This document shows positions 19,620 to 34,208 of a stretch of 64,000 nt of DNA, in pieces. Every line of letters begins with the position of its first letter. The first letter of the stretch is position 1. The notes below the pieces were generated by a model. That model was not told the DNA's origin. It saw nothing but the letters and a program-made list of their open reading frames with translations, and did not search any database. The position numbers were made by a program, and so were the translations under genes. Location: the NCBI GenBank assembly GCA_964057225.1, contig OZ059896.1, positions 17,732,001 to 17,796,000 on the forward strand. Direction: 5' to 3'. The stretch comes from Auanema rhodensis. Its lineage: Eukaryota; Animalia; Nematoda.

Positions 19620-22600
19620 ATGACTGAGTCCAAGTGTGGTCGGAAAACGGCCCTCTCAGTATTCTTCTCAGTATCATTAGCAGCTTTTTTATTTTCATTA
19701 ATATCATTACTGTCACCATCGTGGCAGTATGCCAATCTTGAGGTAAGATAAATTCTGAATTCTATAAAACATTTATATTGATTTCAGAATGGTCGAACGG
19801 AACATCATCATGGCTTGTGGTTAGATTGTAAAAGGGATTATTCATTTGATTATGGAAGAACCCGAGAATATTACGAAACTTTATATAGGCAAATTATATT
19901 TAATATATTTAATATAACTAATAAATTAATTTCAGAAGAGATATGCAAGGATCACCGTTTGAAATGTTTTTTCTTCCGCCATTACAATGCGTTTATAAAT
20001 TTGATTATTATATTGATCCGGAAGATTTATATGATCATAATCATGATGAAAATAGATTACAGAATGATGCTTACCAACATCTTTTTCTTGGTATAATCGT
20101 TTAACTCAATTATCTTATTATGCCGATACTTTTTAGGTTGGAAAGTTGCAGCATTAGCTGCTATCGGTGTAGCTGTATGTTTTTCAGCAGCATCAAGTTT
20201 ATTAGGAATTTGCTCATTTTGTCATAGAACATTTATTTGTGCATCAACTGTACTTGTGACCATATCAGGTATAATAACAATATTGTTACTAATTATATTA
20301 TTATTAATAATATTATTTTTTAATATTTTAAGCTATATTATCATCTGTTGGAATTATTGTTTTCTACATGTGGGCTAATTATCAGGATAATAAAGTTATT
20401 AAAGAGGAAGAAGATACTATCTATGAGGTTTGTATGATCATAATAATTGCTAAAAATCCTTTCTTATTCTTCAATTTTTTCGTTTTTATCTCCTTATATA
20501 GCAAACTCTTGGATGGGCGTTTCATTTTCAAATTATTGGAGCAGCATTACATTGGCTATCTTCCGTACTTGGATGTTGTGTTACATCTGTGTCCTTAGGC
20601 AAGAATCGTGGAGCGAAATTAGTGAAAATCGAGGTAAATACATACTAATAGCCGAATGAATGAATAATGTTTGAAATTGTAGGTTATGGAGGGTGATGAG
20701 TCTATGTTACTGCAATCTAATTCATCTATACAACAACCATTCAAAAGATCTTTTTCTGCCATATATCGTGTAGATTCACAATCTCTAAGACAGTTTGAAC
20801 GTGAATATCTAAGAAATGCTCAATCAACAATGCAAAACAGTGAAATGGTTAACTTTATAGTTCCAACGTTAAAATTTATTTTCTAATCTTGCAGAGCACA
20901 TTCAAACGTACAGCTTCAGTTCCAAATTTCACAAAGAAACAACGCAAAGACGATAAACAGAAGCAAAGACAATTGAATCGTTCAAATATGGATCTGTTTA
21001 CTTCAAATTCGAATATAACTGAAAGCACACGAACTGGTATGTTTCAAATTAAAAATATATGCATATGATCATCCCATGGTTTAGGTTCGATTGTAACACT
21101 AGATACTCAACGAACTAAGGAAATATCTGCATGTGGATCAGCTCATATGGATCTTCCACCTGTGCCATTACCAAGCGTAAAACCCTTAAAATCAGCTTTA
21201 AAAACACCTCAATCAACAAGAAAAGCATATGATGATTCAACTTATGAATATCTTCCATGCCCAGGATCAATGGCTGTCTCTTCATATTCGTAAGAACTTC
21301 ATTTAGCTTCTTTATTTTATTTATATTTTCATTTAAAGTAATAATTCACGACCTGTTTATGATGATGTTTATGAGGAAATTGGTCCCGAATTGTATTTAG
21401 AACCAAATTCTGTTCGTGCTAGATCTCAGAATTCGTCCGTTAACTTCGAAGCTGAAAAGAAGAAAGGTTTGGAGAAATCATGATTGATGTTTAACATCTA
21501 ATGCATCTGATTTTCTAGCTATGACACCACCACCAACGCAATCGATGCCATTTTCAAACACGAATACCATCTCATCATTCCCTACACCAACAAAACCAGT
21601 GTTAGTTTAAGATTTCATATAATATAGAAATATGTTAATATCATGTTTATCAAGTTAAAGCTTAATATGCTGTATAACATACTGAACTCAAGCATTATAA
21701 CATATAATTATGTTTGTGTATAAAACACCTAGCTTTTACGTCACACTCAGATCTGTTAGTATACATCAAAAATTTTCTGACTATGAATTGTAATTTTATG
21801 CTTTGAACATAAAAAAATATGTTTTCAGTGATGTTAGAAGCGATTCTGCTGTTTCTCCTTCAAAAATGCCAAAACCTATTCTGAAGGCAATGCTACCTCC
21901 ACCGATTAATCCACCAATGACAATTCGTGATTTTGGAATGGATTTAACCAAAGAGCCTAAAGGATATTATACTGAAATATCTCATAAAGTATATGGATCA
22001 GATATACGATATACAAGATCAAAATCTGATTTCCATTCTGTATGTACAACACATATAGATGATAGCAAACTATTTCCTTTTCAGAATGGAGATATTGAAA
22101 ATCGTCTACGAAAGCTGAGTGGACGCTCTTCATTTGCGGAAGCTTCTGCGCCACCAGCTGTCACCCAGACATCAACATCACTAACAACACCGTCAATCAC
22201 ATCAACGACGATAACAAAGCAATCAAGTGATATTCCAGGAGTATCCATCAACACCTTCGCCAATCGAGAAGGTCAACGGTAAAATTTGGAAATTATCAAT
22301 TCGTTATCATGATCATTTGATCTTCAGATCAATAACCAATTTAACTTATATTGCAAAAGATAAAACTGCAGCAGATCTTTTTGATAGACCTGAATCTGTA
22401 GAGCCAACACCAACAAGCTATGAGAAGAAGAAAATTCCATCATTACAGCGAAGCTTATTCCGGAATATAGTTGAAGAGGTACGCGATTATCGAACATATT
22501 GTCAAAAGCTATTTCTATTATTTCAATTTCAGGTTGACAGATCTGTTGGATCATCTACAATTCTGGAGAATGATACTATGTCCGAAACAGGATCATATAT

Positions 22601-22679
22601 TCGTGATGCTGAAATTCGTTTGAATCTGTTTCTCAATGATAGTACAAAGCCACAGCAACAGGACGAGACAACCGTTTAA
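19620..22679 (+). CDS. Claudin-like (nematode Clc-like, 4TM) protein with long cytoplasmic tail ending in a class I PDZ-binding motif (ETTV)
   Basis: TM1 followed by SPSWQ, then HHHGLWLDC...CVYKFDY, and three more hydrophobic exons (GWKVAALAAIG..., LGWAFHFQ...). The tail is Ser/Pro/Thr-rich and ends QQQDETTV*. Confidence 0.85.
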
Positions 22680-24742
22680 TACACTTTCTACTTATGTATT
22701 GTGTAATTTCAATTTTTCTCTTAATCTGAAAAAAAATCGTAACTCTATTCTTGAGATAGCTTTTAAATGTATTTATGCTTTTTCAATATTAAACCTATTT
22801 CTTTTAAAAACTTAAAACTTCCAACAATATCTGTCATCAGCAACCCCTCTGTTTTATATTCTTTCTCCGATTTGATCATGTACCTAGCTTGATTAGACCA
22901 TCGTTTTAATAGATACAAGTGAAACATGTCCCCTATATACATGTATATCTGACTTTCATACATAGTTATCTTCTCTAAAATATTGCTCATTGTGATCTCA
23001 AACTAGGTCTACTATCATTCCATTCAATTTGATTTCTAATTGTTCATTTATACTGTTCAAAATACGGTTAATATTCATTTATATCATTACGGTTATTTAC
23101 TTTTAATAGAGAAAAAAGAAAGGAATTTCGTATGAGAAATGTCTATATTAACTTCCTTTTCTCCCGTTTCTTTCATTTTTGATTTTTATTCCTTTTTATG
23201 TCCTTCAATGCCATTCTGGTGCCGCATGTCCTCTATGTTCGTATTTATCATTCTTGTCTTTAAAAGCATTCAAATGACATTTGATCTTAATTAATATAAT
23301 ATATTATTGTAAATTATAATGATTTTTAAACTATAATTATAATTTTAAAATTCATATATGTATATATATAGTATAATATAAATTTTTTTTGAAAACTTAT
23401 TCTATTTAAAAGGCAAAAAAGAAAAGAAAACATAATGATCTTCTTCTATAGATACAGTTCAGAGGTGTGTCTAATCTTTCATTTTCTCTTCTCTTCTCAT
23501 TCCTTTTCTTTTCCTTTTTTCATTAAACTTTTATAAATATTCATTATTTATATATAATTATACGATTATGATATATATATGATTTATTTAATTTTTATTT
23601 CAAATGATAATATATAATTAATAGGATTAGGCAAGGAATGAATACGATAAAAAAAATGATTTTGTTAACAGTAGAACGACGATGGATGAAATCATAAAGG
23701 CACTCCGACTTCAATCTGTCATGGCGGTTATTGGTTCGTTATCAAAAAAAGGAGTTGAATATATCAAACGGTGTCACAAATGATGACTGAGGGTTATTAA
23801 TGTTGGCTTTCAAAAATATTTCTAGTAATCATTTCAACAGTACAGTGAATTACTGAAGAAATAGTATGAATGAAGGTATAAAAAAGAGAGAAAGAGAGAG
23901 AGTGAGCGAACATGTGAATAGGAGGAGGTAAGATAGATAACACAGTAACCATGTGGTGATATAGATTACAGATAGTTAGATATCTAACTATAGAACTGTA
24001 TATATATATATATTTCTTTCTTTTCATATATAAACTTGAAATTTGTGCATAAGTTGTAAAATTAAGTTGTTTTGTGTTATGTTAGAGTTCAAATGATGTT
24101 TTCTGGATTTGACGAAAGACCAAAGGCATACCTTCATGTCAGTTGTTTACAATCTTATCGTACTAGGACATACTGCTATCGAGAGAAATGAAGAACACGT
24201 GATAACATTGAATTGGCAGTTCTACAGATCCGTTAGATCTTGCTCATGCCAGAAACATTAATACATTATCTTTAGTTGCTCATACTATTTATATTTTCTA
24301 TTTTTATAATATTATAAATATATTTCTTCGTTCTCTTTCAATTGTTCTTCGTTTTGTTCTTCGTCTTGTGCGTCCACTTGTTCTTCGTCTTCTTCTTTCT
24401 CCTGTTCTTCCTTTCTTTCTTCTTTTTTTCAGTTCTGCATTTCTTTTTTTCTTCTCTTTTTCTTTAAAAGGAACTTCCTATTATCAATCCTGTCTATCAG
24501 TACATCTCAACTTCTAATCTAAATCCCTTGCTCCCGTCACTTTGAATATCAGCCAAGATTTTTGGCAACCTTTTTTCAATAAATTTAATGTACAGTTACT
24601 TTTCACCTACTCAATTTATATAATAATAATCATATATAATATTTCAACTTTAATAATCTTATATTCTAATATATCTATATCTTAATTATATGATATAGCT
24701 TATTTTTAGATTTTTAAAATTTCTGATAAAAAACGATTAATA

Positions 24743-27700
24743 ATGATAGATGTCGATCAAATTTCCTCATATGATTATAATCGTTTAATTATATATGTTA
24801 ATGGCAAACGATATGAGGATATTACTGTGGATCCTAAAACTACATTAGCTGTCTACCTACGCGATCACTGTATGTTTCAAATATTTGATAAGTTTTTTAA
24901 AAAAAAAATTTCTTGCCAAAATCTAAGGTAATTATCAATTATAATATAATAGTTCAAAATGATTATCAAATTTTTATGAGCAATTTGTTCTGAAGTATTG
25001 ATAAAGCTAATACTTGATACGTATGACAAGTTAAGCTTCTACGAAAGCTTCATTATCAGTTTAACCTTTTTTGTCTTCAGTAAGATTAACTGGTACTAAA
25101 ATTGGATGTAATGAAGGAGGTTGCGGAGCTTGTACCGTAATGGTCAGTGAGATCGAGCCACTTTCTGGCAAATTGAGGTAAAAATGGAGAACAATTAGAA
25201 CATTTAACAGTTCTTTCGATTTAGACATTATTCAGTTAATGCTTGTTTGATGCCAATCTGTACGGCTTTTGGAAAAGCTATCACCACGATTGAAGGACTA
25301 GGATCTGTTGTCAGCAAGAAGCTGCATCCCCTTCAAGAACGAATGGCAAAGTAAGAATTAGATAAAGCTTGCAGCAGCAAATTTTCATTATTAAGAGCTC
25401 ATGGATCTCAGTGCGGATTCTGTACTCCAGGGTTCATAATGGCTATGTATGCCCTGTTACGCACCAATCCAAAACCATCAGAAGAGGATGTTCTTGAAGC
25501 TCTTCAAGGTATTCATATTCATAATGCGTCATTTAAAATTCAAATTATTTAGGAAATCTCTGTAGATGTACTGGATATCGCCCTATTCTTGAATCATTCT
25601 ACAGCTTTACCGTATCTGATACAAATGATCTAAAGGTACGTTACCGTAATCTAATATTATCATAATGATTTCGTTCACTTAGATCACTGAAACTGGCTGT
25701 GGAATGGGAGAAAATTGTTGCAAAAATAAGAAAAAAGTTGGTTTTGTTTTTTTTCATTTTCTTAATTAATTTATATTTGTTTTCAGAATATTGAAAATCC
25801 TTCTGAAAAAAGCGAAGGAAAGAATGGCAAACTCGTAATTGGATCTGGAGGAAAAAATGGTAAAATAATTCCAGATTCATGTTCTAAAACAGGTATTGAT
25901 CAGGTAAGTTATAATGAGCAAGATATTCCTTTTTGGGGTTTCAGCCTAACATTGAAGACAACAATCTTTCATTATCTCATAAACATTCTCTGCAGATAAT
26001 GAAATTGGCTAATCTGAGCAAGTGTGCAAGTTACGATCCGACACAAGAACTCATCTTTCCACCAGAGTTAAAGGTTTATTTTACAGACATTTAATCTTAA
26101 TTATGCTATTTTTATAAATTTAATTATATATAGGTCGGAGATTTTCATGTAAAATCGTTTGCATATACACATCATGAAACTATTTGGTATCAACCTACAT
26201 GCTATAAAAGCCTTTTAACATTGAAACGATTACATCCTTATGCTCGTATTATTTCCGGAAATTCAGAATTAGCTATTGAACTGAAATTTCGTTTTATTGA
26301 TTTGAAGATGGTTATTAACCCACGTCAGGTAAATTTATACATATAATTAAGAGTATATTTGATTATATCTATAGGTTGATGTATTGCATGAAGTTAAAAT
26401 TGATGAAACAAAAGGAATATATATGGGAACTGGTTTAAGCTTAACAGAAATGGATAAAATATTATATGATTATACACATTTACATCCAGGTTAATATATT
26501 TTTGTTTGTTTTTATAATTAACTTAGATTTCTTAGATAGTAAAACGGGAGTTTTTAAAGCTGTACATGAGATGATGCATTGGTTCGCTGGAAAACATGTT
26601 CGAAACGTTGCTGTAAGTTATAACATTTGACTCCGTGCTTGTGTGTGCGAGCTTGAAGTAAAACACACATTACAGAGTATTGCTGGTAATATAGCAACTG
26701 CCTCTCCTATATCAGATTTGAATCCCGTTTGGATGGCTGCCAATGCTAAGGTTTGTTCATAAATAAATTTTCATTTTACTTTGTATTTCAATTAATTCTT
26801 TATTGTTTTAGATTGTTTTGGAGAGTGAAGAACGTGGGGAACGTGTATTAGCGATCGACGATAAGTTCTTCCTTGGCTACCGTAAGACTGTGATTGCTAC
26901 CGATGAGATAGTTAAAGCTATCTGGGTACCGTATACAACAGATGTATGTGATGATTATTGATATCGACATGTTCAATTGTATTTTCGATTTTTACAGAAT
27001 CAGTTCTTTTCCGCATATAAACAAGCACAACGGCGTGAAGATGATATTGCTATTGTCACAGGAGCATTCTGTGTAACACTTCATCCGGAAACTGATGTTA
27101 TAGAAGATATTCGTATGTCATTTGGCGGAATGGCTCCAACTACTGTACTAGCACTGAAAACAATGGCCTTGTTAAAGGGAAAGTATGATATTCAATGGTT
27201 TTGAAGATATTTACACAGATCATATGGTGTTTCAGAAAATGGAGTGAAGTATTGGAAATCGGAATTAACTCATTGGCTGAAGAATTCAAACTTCCTCCTG
27301 GAGTACCAGGAGGAATGTCTCGCTATCGTACAGCTTTAACTCTTTCTTTCTTCTTGAAATTCCATAATGAAGTTATTGCTAAGCAAAATGGAACATTTGT
27401 CAAACAGAAAGTCGTTTCTAAGTTGCAAGCTACACAAGTTTTCCAAGTAAAACCAGCATGTTACATGTTCCATTTCAAAACTGAATTTTACAGGAAATTG
27501 GAGACTCGCAACCTGCTCATGATCCTGTTGGACGTCCTTTACCCCATGCTTCTGGAGAGCGTCACGTAACTGGCGAAGCTAAATACTGTGATGATTTGCT
27601 TATACCAGGTAATGCATGACATCGTTTCTTACATTGAAAACGTAAATCAGAATGTCTTCATATGGCTTTCGTATTGTCTCCGATAGCTAGTGGAACTCTT

Positions 27701-30700
27701 GATGGCGTTGACTACAGTGAAGCTCTACAGCTGGACGGAGTTGTCGGCTACATCGATGCCAGCGACGTCAGACCCGGTGCTCGTATGGGTCATGTTCATG
27801 ATACTCCCGTCTTTGTTGAATCAGAGGTATAAAATGGCATCATATATTCTGATATAATATCTACTAACTTAGATTACTTATCATGGTCAACCCATAGCTG
27901 CTATTCTCGCAAAAGATCATGAAACTGCTCGACGAGCAGCCAACAAAGTAAAAGTACAGCATACTCGTAGTAAAGCTGTTGTCTCAATTGAGGTGAGATA
28001 ATTTCAATGAATTAAAGATTATCAAAATATATAATATAGTAATAGATAATATAAATTAATTCTTTAGGATGCTATCAAGGAGAAATCAATGATTACTGAG
28101 CCATTTACTATTCATTCATCACTTTTGGAAGGAGAAACAGTAAAGAAATTCGATTGGTCGCAGTATAATCGAACAGTTGAAGGCGAAATCAAGATGGGTG
28201 GACAGGTATGAGGAGATGAATTTTTACTGGAATTAAGAGATTTTCATGATTTTCCCTTACTCTTTAGGAACACTTCTATTTGGAAACAGCTCAATGTGTT
28301 GTTATTCCGCATGAAGATGAAGAACTTGAGATAATCGCAAGTACTCAAGGTGTAAACGAGTGTCAGGTACTGTCCAATTAGTAGTTTTTATTGTTCATTT
28401 CGTTCTTACTTCCTATACTTTCTATGAAAACTGTTATTTTACAGTAAGTTTCAATATGTGATGTTCATATATTAACTTATACATAACTATATGTATATAT
28501 ACTTTTATAATTATAGATGGAAGTTGCGAATATTCTTGGAATTCCCGCACACAAAATCGTCGCAAGAGTTCGACGTATTGGTGGAGGATTTGGAGGCAAA
28601 GAGAGCACAACACCAATTCTTACTGTTCCAGCAGCATTAGCAGCTCAAAAGTAAGTTCTTGAGAAATTCAAGATAAGAAAAAAATTGAAAAAAATTGATA
28701 CTAAATATCTTTATTTATAAAAAAATTAAAAGAATTATAATTGAGATTTAGGTTCCGTCAAGCAGTTCGTATAAAATTGGAACGTTTTGATGATATGGCT
28801 ATAACTGGCAATCGTCATCCATTTAGATTTAACTATAAAGTATATATACTGATAATAGGAAAAATATATAATTTATAATTATAGGTTGCATTAGATGAAA
28901 ATGATAAATTAGTTAATTATGATGTAGATGCTTATAGCAATTGTGGACATACATCTGATTTATCAGTTGGTGTCATGCGTGAGTTTAAAACATTTTTATT
29001 TTGAAAAATTATAATATAATACTTGAGGGAATAAAGTTTAAAAAAAATCTAAAATTGAAGTTTGAAACTTACACTTTATGTTGTTTTTTTTTGAAGATTT
29101 TCTTTAAAAATCAAAATAATTATATATTATGCAAAAAAAAACAAAATTATTAATATAACTTATAATATTTGTAGATAGATGCCTAGTACATATTGATAAT
29201 TGTTATAAATTTGAAAATGCTGATATATACGGACATTGTATGAAAACGAATATCTCTTCAAATACAGCTTTCAGGTAAATATTTTGAGAAAAAAAATAAA
29301 ACAAATATTTCTTTATTTTTCTTGTAATTCCATTGAATTATGATTTTTTCATCTGAATGTTATTGCAGAGGCTTCGGTGGCCCTCAGGGTATGTTTTGTG
29401 CTGAAACTCTAATGCAACACCTTGCTGAGAAATATGATATAGATCATGTTGAGGTAAGTCACGTATTGAATGAGAAAAATAATTCTAATAAACATTTAAT
29501 TAAAGTTAAGAGAAAAGAATTTCTATGAAGAAGGACAGAAAACTCCATTTGGTATGACATTGACACAATGCAATGTGAAACGTACATGGTACGAATGTAA
29601 AGAATCTTCTAAATATGTTGAACGAAGAGAAGAAATTGAAAATTATAATAGGTTTCATATCAAATTTGGTGTTACGTTATTGCTTTCTTGTTTAGAACTA
29701 GCAAGTTTACGAAGAAGGGTATCTTCCTCATGCCTACTCGATTTGGTATCGGATTTGGAATTAAGCAATTGAATCAGGTACAACTTTAAACTTTTAAGAA
29801 CAATTTATACTTTCTATATGAAACATACACAGATCGTCTTATATTCGTTTTCAGGCTTCGGCTCTTGTTATGATTTATACCGATGGCTCAGTATTAGTAA
29901 ATCATGGTGGAATGGAAATGGGACAAGGTTTACATACAAAAATTCTTCAGGTTAATCTTTGAATTTACTTTAATAATGATCATAAGTTAATTCTTATCGT
30001 GTGATTTTATATATATTTTTTGAACAAATAATACTTTAATTGATATAAATTATGAAATTTATAATGAGAATTTAGTATTATGATATGTGAATTTCAGATT
30101 GCTGCTCGGTGTCTGGATATTCCATATGAAAAAGTTCATATCCAAGAAAGTACTACAGATAAGGTTCCTAATGCTTCAGCTACAGCTGCATCTGTCGGAT
30201 CCGATTTGAATGGATTAGCTGTTCAGGTGCTTATTTTTTTTAAAACAAACGAAAACATATAGGAAAAAGATAGAATACAAAATTAAAAGAAAATATTAAA
30301 AACATCTTAAAATTCTTGGTTTACCTAACAACAATCACAGAACTTTTATAAGTTCTTTGTTTGTAGGATGCTTGCTACAAACTTAATGAAAACCTAGCCC
30401 CAGTCAAAAAACAGTTCCCTGATTGGACTTGGGAGCAATGGATACACTATGCATATATGGAACGAGTTCCATTATCTGCTGTAGGATTTGGAAAGTATGT
30501 GATAATAGTACTGACCATTTAACATCGAAAACACATCTTTCAGACTCCGATATGAAGCAGTTGATTTCCGTACCGGAAAAGGAGCTCAGCTATTCGATTA
30601 TTGCGTGTATGGTACAGCATGTTGTGAAGTTGAAGTTGATTGTTTAACTGGTGATCATAAGGTAATATCTATTAATTATTTATAATTATTAATTTATAAA

Positions 30701-31519
30701 TATATAGTTAATCCGAACTGATATTGTAATGGATGTTGGTGATTCTTTGAATCCAGCTATTGACATTGGTCAGATTGAAGGTGCCTTTGTTCAAGTATGT
30801 TTCACTTAATCATTGAATATATTCTATCTAATAAAATGAAAATAATGTGTTGAAAAACTTATTTTAGGGTTACGGATTATTCACTATGGAAGAGTTACGG
30901 GTACGACCTGATGGTACGCGCCTAACTCGCGGTCCAGGAAATTACAAGATTCCATCAGCGGATGATGCTCCTAAGCACTTTAACGTGAGCTTGCTCAAGG
31001 GTAGCAGTAACAAGAAAGCTATATTCTCTTCCAAAGTAAATATTATCTTCATACTTTCTTTAAAAGCAAATTCAATAATAAAAATTTTAATCCTAAATAT
31101 CTCTTAATTTCAGGCCATTGGTGAGCCTCCTCTATTCTTGGGTGCTTGTACATATTTTGCCATCCGTGAAGCCGTCAAATCATATCGAGCTGATCAAGGC
31201 CTCACCGGCTATTTCCGCTTTGATTCGCCGGCAACCCCGGAAAATATTCGAATGTCGTGTGAGGATGAATATTTAAAAAAGGTTGGTCTTATTGATATTA
31301 AACATTTTTAAATTATAGATGAATATCAGACTCTTATTATGTCATATGAATAAATATATAAGAGAGATAAAAATATCTTTCTTTTTTTTTTATTTTAATT
31401 TATACATATATATAGTTTGATCGACATTTATAAATTATTCTAAGAATTAATTAAGAATTTTTTAGATACCATCATTACCCGAACCTGGTTCATACACTTC
31501 ATGGACGGTTCAATTGTAA
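24743..31519 (+). CDS. xdh-1: Xanthine dehydrogenase (molybdo-flavoenzyme), about 35 exons
   Basis: 2Fe-2S motifs [23 protein letters not shown] and [17 protein letters not shown] region: [30 protein letters not shown]. Moco domain: [18 protein letters not shown] and [12 protein letters not shown], retaining the Glu/Arg/Glu residues diagnostic of XDH rather than aldehyde oxidase. Confidence 0.95.
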
Positions 31520-32545
31520 ATTAAACAAAAAATTGCCATATAATTTGATTTTATACATATAATTATAATAAATTCTTCTATAAATACTTTTATTATATAA
31601 TTTTCAAGCTCATGTATACTACTTATCTATAGTTCCTTTTCAATTTTTAATAAAACTGAGGAACTGAAAGAAATTATATATATATGTGTGTGTATATGTA
31701 GGTATAGATATATATATATTGTATATTAAACGTATAGTTAACTAAATTATATATAACAATGAATGTACTTGAACGATTTCCCTTTTTTTTTTGAATATTT
31801 GAGCAACTGATTGTCGTTTACTCAAACAGTCCACTAACTTTTTTTTACAACTTGTAGCATGCTATATATTAATATTTTCTCGTGTGAGTTATGTGATCAG
31901 AAAATCAAATGATGATTCATTCTGATTACTTACTTCAATATAAAATCACATAATTATCTTAACCATATCATATAAATTATATTTTTGTTCTCAGGCTTAT
32001 CCCCACACTCACCTCTTTCGGATACATGAAAATTACCGAATTTGTCATGGGATGAATGCATGATTTTTGGCTGAGAAATGAGAATGTGAATAGACTGTCT
32101 CATATTCCATGCTTTTCTTGTCTAATGTTTGCTTTCACATTACTTTTTGTATTCCATCTCTGTTCATTTTCTACTGTCTATCTCCTCCATCTACTTCTTT
32201 CTCTCTCTATTTTTTTCTTTTTTTTTCTTTGTATCTCTTTACATAACCACAAATGCTTAATTTCATTTCTACATTCGTATGATTCTCTTGTTACTTCAAC
32301 CTTTCTTCTGAATTTTTCTAAGTTAATCCATTCTTTTCTTATAAATTATATATAATATAGTATAATATTGGTTCAAAACTTTTCCTTTTGTAGTATTAAA
32401 TATATTTATTATTATTAATATTATATAAAACCAAACAAAGAATAAAATAAGAACAAAAAAGATATAAAACTATTTTTATATTTCGTACAATATACAATTT
32501 CTAATTATATTTATTATAATTAAATAATTATTTTAGATATTATCT

Positions 32546-34070
32546 ATGACTAATATTTTATTTTTCATCCGATATTTTATATCATTTTTCTGTTTATTGA
32601 GTAATACTATTGTCTGTTTGGCTATTATCAAGAATCCTGTTCTTAAAGCCAGTCCAACATTTCGAATTCTTTTGGTCATTTTTATGTCAAATATTCTTGA
32701 TTTATTAAAACAAATTATTTATAATTATCCTTCTGATATACTTGGTTATAATTTTATAAGTAAGTTTATTTTAAAAAAATACTTTTAAACTAAAAATCAT
32801 TTAAAATCTTTAAATGAAATCAAAATACAATAGCTGTTTTGTTTTCTGCAAAAGTAAAACATACTTGATGTATATCTAGCAGATTTATGATATCAATTAT
32901 TCGGGAAAATAAAACTTGTATGTTTCAGAACTACCATATAATCTGTTTTTTATTTTAACTGGTACTACAACATGGTATATTGAATTGTTTCTACTAGTTG
33001 TTGTAGCTATATCCCATCATATAGCATTGTACCATGCAGTATTCTATCATAAGGTGAAACATGAAGAAAAAGAAATATTTTTATGAATAATGAAACTTTA
33101 TTTGAAATACTTGGAAAATCATATATATAGAAAAGAAAAGGTTAACAAGTAAAAGTTTTTTTTTTTTCATTTTTCTCGTTCAAATATCTAAATATAACTT
33201 TCATTAAACATATTCAGAATATATATGCTCAGAGTGTACTTCTTTTTAGAATTCAAATATAATTTTTTTAAATTTCATATACTTTCAGATCAAATTAAGT
33301 AAATTAAATTTATCGTTATTCATTATTATTATGATAGCTTTTATAATAGCAGCATATCCATATATTATACCTAAATATGGTTATTCTCCAAATTATAATG
33401 CATCAACATGGATTATAGATGATAATTCTCTAATACCATTACTTAATAAATATTTTAATTATTCAATGCAGGTTAATTTAAAAAATAAAAAAAAGTTTAA
33501 AAAACATAATAATATTTTTTTTATTTAGATTATTGTATTATTTACATTAATTATTACTGATACAACTATTTTTTATAAGTTTTGTCATCGAAAAGTTGAT
33601 TTGAATTCTAGCTCTAATTCAGCAATGTCTACTCCGGTGGCATTCTTAACAACTAATAAATCTAAAACAGTTAGTTTAAATATTGAAATATAAATAATTA
33701 AAAATATAATTTATAATATATTTATAAACAGAATATTATATTTAAATGACATTTAAGATAAAAGGTAGATACGATATGTTTTCAGACAATATCAAGACTA
33801 GGAACTGGTTCACATTTTCGTTTAGCTGCAAACTTCGTAATACTTAGTAGTTGTTTAATTATTCAATCAACAATTCATAATTTAGTTACAATCACAAAGT
33901 AATAAAAGACATTTTTTTAAAATTTTTATTCTTTTTATTTCAGTTGGAAATCTATATATGCTGATATATTATTAACTATAACACCAATATTTAGATATTC
34001 AAAATGTTGGATATACTGTATATCTGGTAGTTATCTACGTAAAGCTATTCGAAATTTATTTACAAATTAG
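32546..34070 (+). CDS. Serpentine 7TM chemoreceptor-like GPCR (srx-like)
   Basis: Spliced hydrophobic exons: FISFFCLLSNTIVCLAIIKNPVLKASPTFRIL, ...VVAISHHIALYHAVFY..., FRLAANFVILSSCLII, ...CWIYCISGSYLRKAIRNLFTN*. Confidence 0.75.
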
Positions 34071-34208
34071 TTTTTTTCTTAAAACTTTTCATTCATAAAT
34101 TATTAAACATATTAAACTTTTTTTAAACTTTTTTTTATTGTTATTACATTGTTAAAATAGAAAATTTTTTATAAATAAAATAATTTTTTATATATTATAA
34201 TAAACAAT

